DNA of 64,000 nt from Yuukianura sp. NJ FZ-2021 (lineage: Eukaryota), in the NCBI GenBank assembly GCA_046563655.1, contig CM102288.1:6138001-6202000 (forward strand). Direction: 5' to 3'. This document shows, in pieces, positions 1-12,071 of this stretch. The translations under genes were made by a program, and so were the position numbers. The notes under the pieces are model-generated. The model made no database searches. It was not told where the DNA came from and saw only the letters and a program-made list of their open reading frames with translations. Within the stretch, counting starts at the first letter, position 1; every line of letters begins with the position of its first letter.

Positions 1-1858
1 GCGGTAAAATCGTGATTTTATGAAAGTATTCCACTTTGTCTGCAAAAGATCATCTACTGGACCTTCCATCAACTCCAAGTGCATCGTAGTTTCTCCAAAA
101 ACGATTAAATTCAATGCAGATTCTTTCTGAATTCCGCCAGTCTCTATGTCAATTGTGTCAAAAACTCCTAACGGGTAGGCAGCACAAGTGACACTCCCAA
201 TTTGCCAGTAGATTTCCCGCGAAATATTCAAAATGTGGAAAAACAGCTCTTTTCGCGCCAATTTCGCTGCGAGAGTCAGCGGAGTCAGGTTCAACTTGTT
301 CTTGTATTCCATGTCTGCTCCCAACTCATACGCCGTGTTGAACATGGGCTGAAATTAGGTTAAGATTAGGCTATTGTTAGATTGTTAGCCTAATCTTAGC
401 CTAAGGCTAAGAACCTAATTAAGGTAATATTTTGGAACCTTTTTGTCGTGTATGACGAGCATGTGGAGTACAGTGTTGCCGTTGGAGTCTTGTGCATTTG
501 GATCCGCCCCTTTTGCAAGTATGAGGCGATAACATTCCTCCTGTCCCAAACATGCTGAAAAAGATGCTGGATACTCTCCCCAGTACACCAACCTGTAATT
601 CAATTAAAAAAAAAATAAATGTAGGTCCCAGAGTTCGAACCCACGGCCTCAGAGAACCGAATGGTGAACGGTTCCACGTCCTTCAAAGCATTTTTTGTTC
701 AAAAAAAAGATTCTAGAGTAGATATTTAGCTTTAACAAACGTAACTTCTGCAACTTGGAATTGAACCTTTTTCTAAATTTTCACTTCGACCGAATTGTTT
801 TCGATCCCTTTCATTGAACAAACGGTGTCATACCCACTGTAGTTGGTTTGGATGTCGCAAATGGCATGTTCTTGGTCGAGAGTGTCCATGCGGGAGGCCT
901 TCTGGTCATCGGGTGACATGAATGCTCCTGTACACCTTTCGTTGACATTGACCTGGATTAATTAATTCATACTTAAATTAATTAATCTATATTTATATTA
1001 ATTAATTTATGTTTACCCCACAGTCGAGGAAGTACTTGACCATTTGTGGATCTTCATTGACTATGGCCCAGTGAAGTACGTTCTCTCCGTAGTACTCGTC
1101 ACTAATGTAAATGTCGTTGATCAGTTTAGGATAAAAGTGGAGCAATCGCTTGGCCAAGTCAGCCGTAACTGAATTTGCAGCTAAGATGCATATATGTAGA
1201 CACGTCTCTCCAACGTTACCGCGCTGATCAAGTCTCCAGCACACGTCTCGGTACATACTCGGATCTCGGACAAAGAGAAATAGAATAAAAATAAGGGACC
1301 GAGAGGGACTCGAACCCAAATCTTTTCTATTTTAGAAGCACTCTAACCATTGAGCTATCAGGCTCATCTCTTTCATGCAATCCTCACCCTGTCGCAAGTT
1401 CATGGATTTCATAATTAACTTACATTTATATAAATTCGTTACCTTTTGAATCGCTCTGTGGCTCCACATAGTTGTCAAACTGAGTTTCGTTTTTGAAAAT
1501 GTGCTTGTGTTTGGACCGCTCTCGGTTGCGCATGAGTACCAATTTTGAAATGTGGAATTCCTTGCCCTGTCCATTGTTGTACAGAAAGGGCTCCACACGA
1601 GTTTTGATGGCTTCGTCTAGTGCTGCATAGTTTTTAGTAGTCGAAGCCTGTTTGGCCAAATCCACCAAAATTCCACCACCTTGGGGAAGAAACACTAGAT
1701 TAATTTCACATTTCAAAATTTATTGGTTCCAATTTCACAATTCAAAATTTTAATTCTGGACCTTTCAAATCAACCAACTGATACAACGGCTGTGAAGTGG
1801 CTCCGCCCTCAGCCTGCTTTTTGACGCCACTAGTAACATCAGACGCAGTATTCCCCAT
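1..1858 (-). CDS. nan: TRPV channel Nanchung, 5' part (ankyrin-repeat region); gene runs off the left edge
   Basis: ATG at 1858 gives [19 protein letters not shown]...LVDLKGGGILVD, matching the Nanchung N-terminus as recalled. GT-AG exons approx. 1858-1762, 1679-1443, 1264-1017, 952-834, 592-439, 348-<1 encode TRPV ankyrin motifs ([45 protein letters not shown]). Confidence 0.93.
1265..1365 (-). mobile_element. tRNA-derived SINE-like element, copy 1 (nan intron)
   Basis: Minus strand reads GAGCCTGATAGCTCAATGGTTAGAG (A box)...GGGTTCGAGTCCC (B box) plus a T/C-rich tail; alignable to copies at 20237 and 21783. Confidence 0.75.
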
Positions 1859-3123
1859 TACGTTTACTCTAGTAGAATTTCGTCAACCCAATTTACTCCT
1901 TAGATTTTCAAAATTTCAAAAAACTAAAGGATTATCAAATAATTTCAGTTTACTTTCTACGTCTCTAGTAGAGAAAATATAGCATCGGTTGCATGGACTT
2001 ATTGACCAAACATTTTAAATATCCTCCTACGTCGTGTTACAGCTATACGGTCATGCTAGACGAAAAAAAAAACTGAAAAAACAAATTCCGAAGATCCGAA
2101 AGCTTCCGAGCAACGAAAAAAAAATACGTCAAATTAGTAATATGACGTCTTGTTTTTATGACGTATTCGTGGCAATTCGGACCAATTTATTTTTGATCCT
2201 TTTAATTCGACCGAATTCATTTGAACCAATTCATTCGAAATGAAAACCCATAGCTGTTGTTAAATTGTGCTAAATTTGAAGTGGTGTCCAGGGACGACGC
2301 CACGCGTCCTGAATGAGGTTGAGCCATCCTTTATGCATTGCTATTCTGTGCCACATGAGAGAAGTTAATGCAAATTCAACTCAAATTAGGGCCAAGCATG
2401 ATCATCTCCTTCAGCTTCGCTTAGCATTCTACACAAGACACGCCGAATTAGCAACCTCAACTTCAAAGAGGCAATTGAACTGAATTCTAAACTTAGAATC
2501 AGTATGACCTCCACAAATTTCAAAAGGTCACCAAAGGTCAAACACATTTTCAACAAAATTAGGCACTTCAGCTCAAAAACCACAAACTTTAAAAATTCAA
2601 AACCTGGAAACTCATAATCTCGAAATTCAAAAGTTGAAAAATTGATAAATCTCAAATTGAAAAGTTCAAAAATCAAATACGCTTTTAAAACTTGGGGACT
2701 GGAAATCTAGAAAATTGAAAAGTTGTAATCCCCAAAATCTAAAAATTGTGTTTTTGCCATGGCCTTTGCTTTTGTCATAATTTGGAGATCTTTTGAATCT
2801 CAATTGTGATGAAGGTGATCTTTGTGAAACTGAAAGTTTAGTTTTTTGTTTGCCTGGGGGGATGGGAGCGGCATAAAGAACTCAGTTGAGAGTGACTGAA
2901 GGTTGTTGTGCTTTGGAATCTCGGGGAGAGTGACGATGGTCGTGTCTTGGCAATTTGCGATGAGTGAGTTAATCCTGGAGGGGAGGAAATTTAGCACGAC
3001 TCGTCTTCATCCGACCACAACAGTCTTTGCATTGTACGGCCATTTAGCACTTTTTGTCACCAGTCCACACCTTTTAGCACACGCACAGAGGTCAAAGGTC
3101 ACCGACGACTCCACAATGTCACC

Positions 3124-4868
3124 ATGATCGCCAACAAGTTCATTTTGGCATCCAGACCAAGCGACGGCGTAGCCAAGATCGAAGACTTCAAATTGGTCAC
3201 GGAAGATTTGCTCCCTCTCCTCGAAGGAGGTACACCTACAAAATTATAAAAATTATAGTTCCTATTAATTATGACAGAGAATTATAGAAATTATTGCTTT
3301 TATAAATTATAAAATTATAAAAATTATTACGTATTTCAAGTATTTCGTAAAATGGGGTGATGATTTTGAGTAATTCGGTAATTCATTAAAATATTTCGTA
3401 ATTACCAGAAATCCTGTGCAGTGCAGAATGGTTTGCAGTAGAGCGATTCATGCGTATGCGTATGGAACAAATTCCTATTGGAGCACAAATGGTAGGCGCA
3501 CAAATTGCCAGGTAACGGTTGTATTTACTTTACACGTCAAAACGATGAGAAGTCAAAAAAAACGTCTAAACAACGTCCAAGAACATGAAAAAGCCGAAAA
3601 ACGTCAAAACTTTCCTCCTCTAACGTTTTTTCAACGGTCAAACGTTTTTTAAACGTTCTGAATATTTTTCAGAGTGATCGATAGCAGATGCCCGGAGTAT
3701 CCCATTGGAACACAGATTGTTGGCTTTTTCGGATGGAGGGGTGAACCAAACTATATGTTAATGTTAACACGTTGAAAATACTAAAGTTGGACTAAAATTT
3801 TAAATATTAACTAAATAGACTAATGATAAGCGATTTTGATGTTTAGATTTGACCGTGTACCGAGTGCCGTCGAAGGACATGGAGAGCTACTTCTCCATGT
3901 ACGCCACACCGGACCTGCGCGGTCTTCCCGTATCACATGCTATTGGTGCTTGTGGACTCACCGGGTAAACTTTTAAAAAAATTCAACGGGAAAGTTAAAA
4001 TTTTTGGTTAAACTCAACAAATTCAAAACGTTTAACTTACACAGAATCTCCGGATATTTTGCGATTACGAAAATCTTTGATCCTCTTCCTAACGAAACCG
4101 TTGTGATTCAAACTGCTGCTGGAGCTACAGGGAGTGTTGCTGGTCAAGTGGCGAAGATCAGAGGCTGCAAAGTCATTGGATTTGCAGGAACAGATGAAAA
4201 AGTGACATGGTTGAAGGAGGAAGCAGGATTCGACTACGCCATTAACTACAAAGACATTGACCTGGACTCTGTCCTGACTCAAATTGCTCCCGCGGGCATA
4301 GACTGTTACTTTGCCAACAACTGCCAAGGAGGAGAAGTTCTCCGAATTGTCATGAAACACATGAACTCCAGTGGCAGAATAGCCTACTGCACCAGCAACT
4401 TCAACCATGGAAGGAACAAACAAGGTAACAGTTAGCTTAGTTAATTAACTTAACTTTTGACATAACTAAATGATTACAAAACGCCGTCCAGAAATCGTAA
4501 CATTCCGATTTCTTAACGTTTTAGCCAACTTTGACTTTGAGACGTTCGTTATCAAGCAGTTGAAGATGGAGGCTTTCGTGGCCTCAAGATGGATCGATGA
4601 GTGGTTCGTCACTGCTGAAAAAATAAGAGACTGGATTCTAGAAGTGAGTCAAGACATCTTAACGTCAATCGTTATTAAGTTAACGTTAATCGATTAACGT
4701 CTTTACCGTTTGTAGGGTAGAATCAAGGTGGTTGAGACGATCAAGGAAGGATTTGAATCTCTTCCGGAAGCAATGACTGATCTCTTCAGCAGCGGAAAGT
4801 GCATGGGCAAGATGATTGTGAAAGCCAAGTCAGCGATAATTGAAAATCACGAGTTCCCCAGTGAATAA
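3124..4868 (+). CDS. PTGR1: Prostaglandin reductase 1-like / NADP-dependent alkenal reductase (MDR family), 7 exons
   Basis: Exons approx. 3124-3229, 3409-3511, 3673-3740, 3847-3964, 4045-4424, 4525-4643, 4716-4868 splice in frame: MIANKFILASRPSDG...GACGLTGISGYF...TAAGATGSVAGQVAKIRGCKVIGFAGTDEKV...GFESLPEAMTDLFSSGKCMGKMIVKA. Confidence 0.85.
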
Positions 4869-5966
4869 TTAGTCTAACCGAAGTTAATTAACAGTTCATC
4901 CAAATTTTATAAGAGTCTCCTCCGTCCAGTAGCAACCGAACAGTATCCACTGCAACAAAGCCACCTTAGAAATGGATAGAAACGTCTTCCTCTTCAGTTA
5001 ATTTCCCAGTTAATTAATTACATCAAAAAATGAAGAAAAAAATTAAACTTACAGTCAAATCAAGTCAGTTACTTTCATTGAAAAATCCTAGAATACGAAG
5101 TCCTACAAAACTAATTGAAACTGGTGAATAATTAATCATAAATTAAATAGTAATAGTAACATACATATAAACTTAATTCAATTGCTCATCTTAAACATCA
5201 ATTAATTAATTGATACATGATTAATTTGAGTCTTCTTTCCTGTTTCTTGGCCTTCTTTGTCTTCTAATGTCTGCCGCTTTTCTTTTTTGTTTAATTTTAA
5301 AATATATTTTCCCGCGTTGTCTCACTGTGCCCCTCTCAAAGCTTTGCCTAATTCTCAGATAAACAATGAAACTGCTGACTGAATGGCAAAAACGCGGGAA
5401 CTCGCGTTGCAGAATTCAAAAAATTCAAATGTCAAAACAAAACAGGACAATGAAAACAAGGTGTGGACAGCTGATATTCGCGAACGAAGTTAATTAATGT
5501 TGCAATTAATTAATCTTAGGCTTACTTCAATTAGTGTATGCTAAATCTAATGAATTGTGGTTAGGCAGCAACCGGTGGCAGCAGTTGGTGGACAAGAAGT
5601 GGTTACAGTGTAAGTTAATTGTGAATTCCTTATGCATGCATATTGCATATGTTAATTTGCTTTAACTTTCTCTCATGTCACTTACACAAGGTGACCAGTT
5701 GCATATGAAGAGTATTCAACGTAATCCAAATGTTAGGTGGATGGATAGGAGAGGACTTTGAAAATTCCAAAGTTGGAAAATGGACGAAACTGTGACGTTT
5801 TTGTTTAAAACGGGCAAGAATTTCCACCTTTAATTTCGTTTTTTTTTAATTCTTGCAGGTCATTGTTCGATTACTTTTGGTTTTGCATCAGGAAGTTCCA
5901 CTTCAGTCTCTATTACAAATGGACCTGTGAAGAAGTATCTTCTAAACACTTTGGGAGTGGATTGAC

Positions 5967-8849
5967 ATGACCCCAGCAACCATGTCACAAGCATCATTTC
6001 GACTCCGCTCTTTCCTCATCGGCATCTCAGTAGCTTCCTTGACCTGGGGTGCCAGTATCTACTTATACCTCAGTCTCAACAGCTCTTCCAGCATTGGCAC
6101 TGCCTCACCCGAAGACAAACCCCAAAGTCTTCCAGTATTTTCGTTAAGGGCCTCCAGCAACCGCGCAAATACTCTCAAAAACTTTGTTCCCGTCCGCCTC
6201 TCTACTGGCGAAACGAAGAGCAATACAGATGGCCAGTGGAAACAAAAGTTCAAACAGCTCATTGAAGACGGTACGATGTACAAGAACAGTCCAGCGTTAA
6301 TTTCGGATCTCAAGTCAAAGGTCAAGATACTCAATGGATTCGGACCCAAGTTGGACTTGAATGTATCTCTGTCTTCGTCTGTCAAAGGAGACGGTGTCAC
6401 TCCGGACTTGGAGAGTTTAGGATTAATCAAAACAATTGAAGAGAAGAAAGAAAGGGAGAGAGGCATGAAACAGCATGCCTTCAATGCCCTCATCTCCTCC
6501 AGACTCAGCTACCATCGAAACATTCCGGACACTAGGAACGACCGGTAAGCCTAATCTTAGGTAATCGATTGTTTTCAGTGATAGAGTAATCGATTACTTT
6601 CAGTAATCCAGTGATCGCTGTTTTTTTTTATGTTTTAGATGTGCTTCACTGGAGTATCCTGCTAAACTACCGTCAGCCAGTGTCATCATATGTTTCTACA
6701 ACGAAGAATTCCATGCTCTTATTCGCAGTGTCCAAAGTGTTCTGGACAGATCAAACAGTCAGAATCTCCAGGAAGTAATTCTAGTCGACGATTTCAGTGA
6801 TATCGGTAATCGAATTAAAAATTAAACGTTAATCACATTCAAATTAAACTATTCAGTATACTTGGTACTTTGTTTTTGTTTCTGTACAGATTCTCTTCAT
6901 GATGACCTTCAAAAGTACATTGAAACCAAGTTTCCAATTAAAGTCAAGTTGTACAAGACGAGGAGGCGGGAAGGGCTGATCAGAGCCAGAATTTTTGGCG
7001 CCAGTTTTGCGAGAGGCGACGTCCTTGTGTTCCTGGACAGTCATGTGGAAGCAAATGTCAATTGGTTGGACCCACTACTGGCCAGAATCAAGGAAAACTC
7101 AACCCGTGTTGTCATGCCGATCATTGACATTATCAACCCAGAAACTTTTGAGTACACGCCGAGCCCACTCGTCAAGGTAAAACTTTTCCTCCAACTCACA
7201 AATTTCAAAGCTTCAAAGTTTTCAAATTTCTAAACTTTCAAAATTTTATGTCTAATTTAATTTCTTTTGTCCAGGGCGGATTCAACTGGGGACTGCACTT
7301 CAAGTGGGACAACGTTCCATCATCAGAGCTGCGTCACGGGGAGGACTTTGTCAAACCAATTATGTAAACTAACGCTACCGAAACTTAATGCAATTTGAGT
7401 GAAATTCTACATAAAACCTAACTAAAAACTAACTTTAACTTTAACTTTTAAGGTCACCTGCAATGGCCGGTGGGTTATTTGCCATGGATAAGAAATATTT
7501 CTACGACCTTGGCCAATATGACGACGGCCTTGACGTCTGGGGCGGAGAAAATATCGAAATGAGTATTCGCGTGAGTAAAACTCAAAAAAGTACAAAACTA
7601 TTTAGAAAATCTAAACATTTTTTTAGTACTACTAAAGAAGTATTTTTTTTTGGATACTGCAATGTGCTGGCAGTACTTAAATGCTGGCAGTGATCTCGGT
7701 TTGTCCGGATCTTAAAATAATTTTTTTTTATGAAGGTGTGGACATGTGGAGGCACGATGGAAATTGTTCCGTGTTCTCGTGTTGGTCACATTTTTCGACG
7801 TCGGCGTCCCTACGGATCCTCCGGAGTGGATTCGGGACTCAAGAATGCTGTTCGTGTCGCCGAAGTTTGGTTGGACCAGTACAAGGTCAGAATGTCACAA
7901 TCTGAAATTTTCAGATTTTTAATTTTCAGACTGAAAACTGAAAAAAAATACTGAAAAAATTCAGAATCGAGACTAATATGGCTGATTTTCAATTTTGTTT
8001 CAGGAGGAGTTTTACAAAGTGAATCCAGCGGGGAGGGAAATTTTTTATGGAAATGTGAGTGGGCGGAAGGAGCTACGGAAGTCCCTTGGTTGTAAACCGT
8101 TCCAGTGGTACTTGGACAGCATTTACCCCCAACTACTGGAAGATACTGCCCAGCACAAAGGGAAAGTACTGTCCAAGGGGAAGATCAATCCCTGGACCAA
8201 GAGACAGCGCAACTACATCTCCTCATTCCAGCTCAACATTTCAGGCACCAAACTATGCGTTAGCAGTGAACAGAGTGTGCTCACCAAAAATTCTGCTCTC
8301 ATTGCAGCTCCTTGTCAAAGTTGGAACAAGAAACAAGTAACTTCAAAAAAAATTTTTTTTCGAAACTTTTCCAAAAATTTTTTTGAAAAGTTTGGATTTT
8401 AACACTTGTTGATACTTATCTTTTTAGCGTTGGTCGGAAACAGACAAGCACGAATTAGTGCTGGCCGAACTTTTGTGTCTGGACGCAACAAACAACAAAT
8501 TGCGGATGTCCAAATGCCATGAAATGATGGGATCACAGGAGTGGAAACTCAGTTCAAAAGTAATTCACACATTCAATCGTAATTCATGTAGGAGTAATTT
8601 TGTGTAATTCAATTCGAGAATCGAGATGTAGATGTAATTACTTTATGAATTACTTTTGGATTACAGATTGACACAACAATTTACAACCGAGCGGCTGGAC
8701 TTTGCATGAGCCTGGCAACTCCACCGCAAGATGGAACTGGCAAAAACGAAAAGTTTGTTCCCGGTGAAGGTGCTTCCGTGACCTTGGAAATCTGCTCTGA
8801 CAGCCATCCATTCATGAAGTTCAACCTCATGACTTACAAAAGTCTATAA
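5967..8849 (+). CDS. GALNT11: Polypeptide N-acetylgalactosaminyltransferase (Pgant35A/GALNT11-like)
   Basis: N-terminal TM anchor, [42 protein letters not shown], DxH motif (FLDSHVE), [33 protein letters not shown]-terminal ricin-type lectin domain; stop TAA at 8847-8849. Confidence 0.9.
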
Positions 8850-9321
8850 GTTTCACAAGCATCGTCAGCACAAGTATCGAAACATCGAAGTCTCAAATTT
8901 ATCAATTGAAGTGAGAGAAGGTAAGTCAGCTTTTCCTCCTTCGTAAACTTAGGCAGCAGTGATTCAGAAGCTCTCTAAACAACACTTATATTAGTTAAAG
9001 ACTTTGTTAGGCTGAGTTGGCCTAATCAACAGTGTTGATTAAGGTAAGGCTTGTTATTAGGTTAAGATTACTAGGCTGGGTGATGAGGTTAATCCTGATT
9101 TCATATTAGGTAACAGAAGTATTCTTGTAATCTCCATTTGGTTGTATTTTTAATTTTGAATTTGTATTTTCGTACTTTATTCAAGCGGAAACGAAGTTTT
9201 TTTTAAGTAAACGGTGGTTGTGCATGTTGACTTGCTAAGTTCGTTGTATATGTTGCCTATTGACTTTGATTGTGATGCCTCAGTATTGGTTAGATGCTGT
9301 TGGATGCTGGATGCTGGAATG

Positions 9322-10578
9322 TCACTTCTCCTTCAGTAGAAAACTAAGGTCAGTTCCGGGTGAATGTTCTTCTGGCACCTTTGACCTGAACGGACAAAGT
9401 TTCATGACTTTTCATCCCAATTGTTTTTTTTTTCAAACTTGAGCAGTAATTGACGAGCGTGAATTCAGAACGCAGTATAACTTGGAGTGACTATTCCTCA
9501 GAATCCCATGCTAGGTTATGTAAGGGCCACAATTCTGAGGATTAGACACTTTTTTTACATAACACATACTGCGTTCTAAATTGATGGAAGTCACTACTAA
9601 TTGAGACTTACTTGAGAAAGAGTCTGCTGCTGGTGAAACCACCGAGCGTAGCAGTGTCTCCGTTGACATAGAGGAATGAGCCTTCACGCAGCCCAAGAAC
9701 TGGTGGAATGTCTCCGTCCAGCGTATGGTACTCGTTGATCCGAGTCTCACGCGTTTCCTGGTAAAGATTGACGCAAATGTTAACAGAGGTGGCATAGGTG
9801 AGGAAGAGGATACTAATCGTTAGTTAGTAATTTTAAGTTAGGGAAATCTAAGAGGAAGTGAAGTATGTTAGGTACTTACTCCTTTGTGTTTACTATTTTC
9901 ATCCGGGTCCAAGTAGTGTGGATTAATATTAAACGGAACTAGACCAAGGGCAGAGAACGACGGGACATGGACAATCGGCATGTCATTGGTCGTGTGAATC
10001 GACACGGTGCTCACATTTGTTCCGGCTGAGCTACCAATATAGGGTATGGAATCCTGAATTTAAAAAAAATGAAGGTCGATTGATTACTAGTAACACACAG
10101 ACTCCATTACGACATGACATGAGTCTATCAATAGCGAATGTCATGAACTTTTACCTCAAGTACACGACGACGAATGTGCTCGATCAGGTGATTCTCCTGG
10201 AGAAGTTTGAGTAGCAGAAAAGTGTTTCCGCCTCCAACGAAAAATGCTTGAGCAGTATTCACAGCATCGATGACATTGTCCACCTCGTTGAGCCCTTTAA
10301 TCTTGTAGCCCCATTCGCCCAGTGTTGCTCTCACTTTGTTCGTGTACTCCTTCTGGTTCTTGACATCTGCATACGGCACAAACAGAATTTCCTTGACACT
10401 GGCTCTGAAAGTCAATAAGTTAGCATTAATCGATTAATCAAGTAAATTGACTTTAAGAGTGAAGGTCAAAGACAGTGTTTTCTTACTTGTTAAGGAATTC
10501 TAGGATGTAGTCCTTGGCGTACTCGAGGTATCCATAGCCATGGACGTTTGAACTGGACAAGAGAAGGAGTTTCCGCAT
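9322..10578 (-). CDS. pepE: Alpha-aspartyl dipeptidase (peptidase E, family S51), 5 exons
   Basis: [20 protein letters not shown]...LFVPYA...[11 protein letters not shown]...[11 protein letters not shown] (catalytic Ser)...[10 protein letters not shown] (His)...[11 protein letters not shown] (Glu)...[11 protein letters not shown]; all junctions GT-AG. Confidence 0.92.
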
Positions 10579-11166
10579 TTCGTTCGTCTAACGTTGGCTG
10601 TCGCTCGGTCTGTTACTCCGTCAGTCTGAAAATGACAGATTGAACAAAACGTGTTGTAGCCAAGTGCCGGTCTAACTTCGCGAAAGTCCAATTTAAGCAT
10701 ATTTTAAAGTAGTATCTTATCTAATAGTGTTTAACTTTGAGCTCTTACCACTGCGTACTTCTGTTTCTGTCCTCTCCTCCAGTACTATCATTTAGTTTAA
10801 CTCCAAAACACTTTAACTTATGAAAAATGTGTGATTGATTAGTGATGCAATTTAAATTTTGACGAATAGAAAAAGTTAGCATAGAATAGAACTGTCAAAC
10901 ATGAGCAACAGAACAAGCAAGCCGAGCAGTGCAGTCGACAATCAGCTGATTGTTTTGGAATTGCAATTGCAATTGAAATTCGGAATTTTGCGACAATGCA
11001 ATTCGCTTTTTCTGCAATGGCATTTCTGGTAAACTGAGATTAAATTTTCAACTTGATTAGCTTACAGATTAGGAAACGAATAATTGAATTTCAATTACAC
11101 AGCTGTTGATAAACTAAGCTGTGATATCTGATTAATTAATCTTAAGGAGTTCAAAAAAAAATTAAC

Positions 11167-11237
11167 TGCACTTGCCGGGAATCGGACCCGGGTCACTCGC
11201 TTGGGAAGCGAGCATTCTACCATTGAACCACAAGTGC
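11167..11237 (-). tRNA. tRNA-Gly (anticodon CCC), with a T-loop variant
   Basis: GCACTTGTGGTTCAATGGTAGAATGCTCGCTTCCCAAGCGAGTGACCCGGGTCCGATTCCCGGCAAGTGCA: 7-bp acceptor stem, D arm, CTCGC/GCGAG anticodon stem around CCC, CCGGG/CCCGG T stem, downstream T-run Pol III terminator (11152-11161). Confidence 0.88.
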
Positions 11238-11468
11238 GTAACTGCGATTTGTGCTAAAATTTAAAGATCTTCTTCCTACTGGTTCAGCAGGAAATTTGAT
11301 GTTCTCGGAAACCCTAACCTTCTACGCCACGCCCGTTTTTCCAAAGAAGTGCTTTACCTGAACTAAAACTGATAAATTTTTCAGTTTTTAAGTGCCATTT
11401 TTAAATGAAAATTCAAGCAGGGGTGGACCTCCCAATATTTCACACCAAGGGATGACCTTAGGATTCTC

Positions 11469-11878
11469 CAGGGTTTCTGGTTTTTTTGGTTTTTTTGAAA
11501 AAAACCAAAAAACCATGGTTTTTGGTTTAAACCATGGTTTTTTTGGTTTAAATCAAAACCCGGTTTTAATGCGAAATAGTGTGTTGGAAGCATGTATTTC
11601 ACTAAAAAATTGTGAAATAATGTAGTCAGTTTTTCCTCTTTTGACTAAAAATTGACAACTGAAGAGAAAAAAGGCTTAAATACTACAAAACGCAGAACAT
11701 AATATATCAATTTGTGCAGATTTCGCTAATTCGAAGTGGAAAATTTCACAATTTCTCCGTTTTCGATGCTAATTTCTGCATTTGATTTAAACCCGGTTTT
11801 TATTCAAAAAAACCAGTTGGTTTAAACCTTGGTTTAAACCATGGTTTAAATCATTTGGTTTAAACCACCGAAACCCTG
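11469..11878. mobile_element. Non-autonomous hAT-type MITE
   Basis: Terminal inverted repeats CAGGGTTTC...GAAACCCTG, 8-bp TSD GGATTCTC (11461-11468 and 11879-11886), subterminal GGTTTAAACC repeats. Confidence 0.88.
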
Positions 11879-12071
11879 GGATTCTCTAAATTTATTTATA
11901 CTTTAGCAACATGAAGCTCAGGTTTCGTGTTTTTTTTTTATCTATACGCCCATTTTAGCCCATCCATCTAACATTTTACATGATGCTAAATTTTGTGGTA
12001 GTCTTAGATACCGAGCGTTGAGCGAAGGAAGTATTCGGTTCATTGTTGAAATTGAATTTTCAAAATTAAGA

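Noticed and set aside
349..438. Interstitial TTAGG telomeric repeat
   Set aside because: The TTAGG/CCTAA words are scattered and in both orientations, not a tandem telomeric array.
1985..2180. RFX X-box upstream of nanchung (GTTGCATGGAC at ~1988; GTATTCGTGGCAAT at ~2163)
   Set aside because: Expected for a ciliary gene, but neither site matches both half-sites of the consensus well enough to call.
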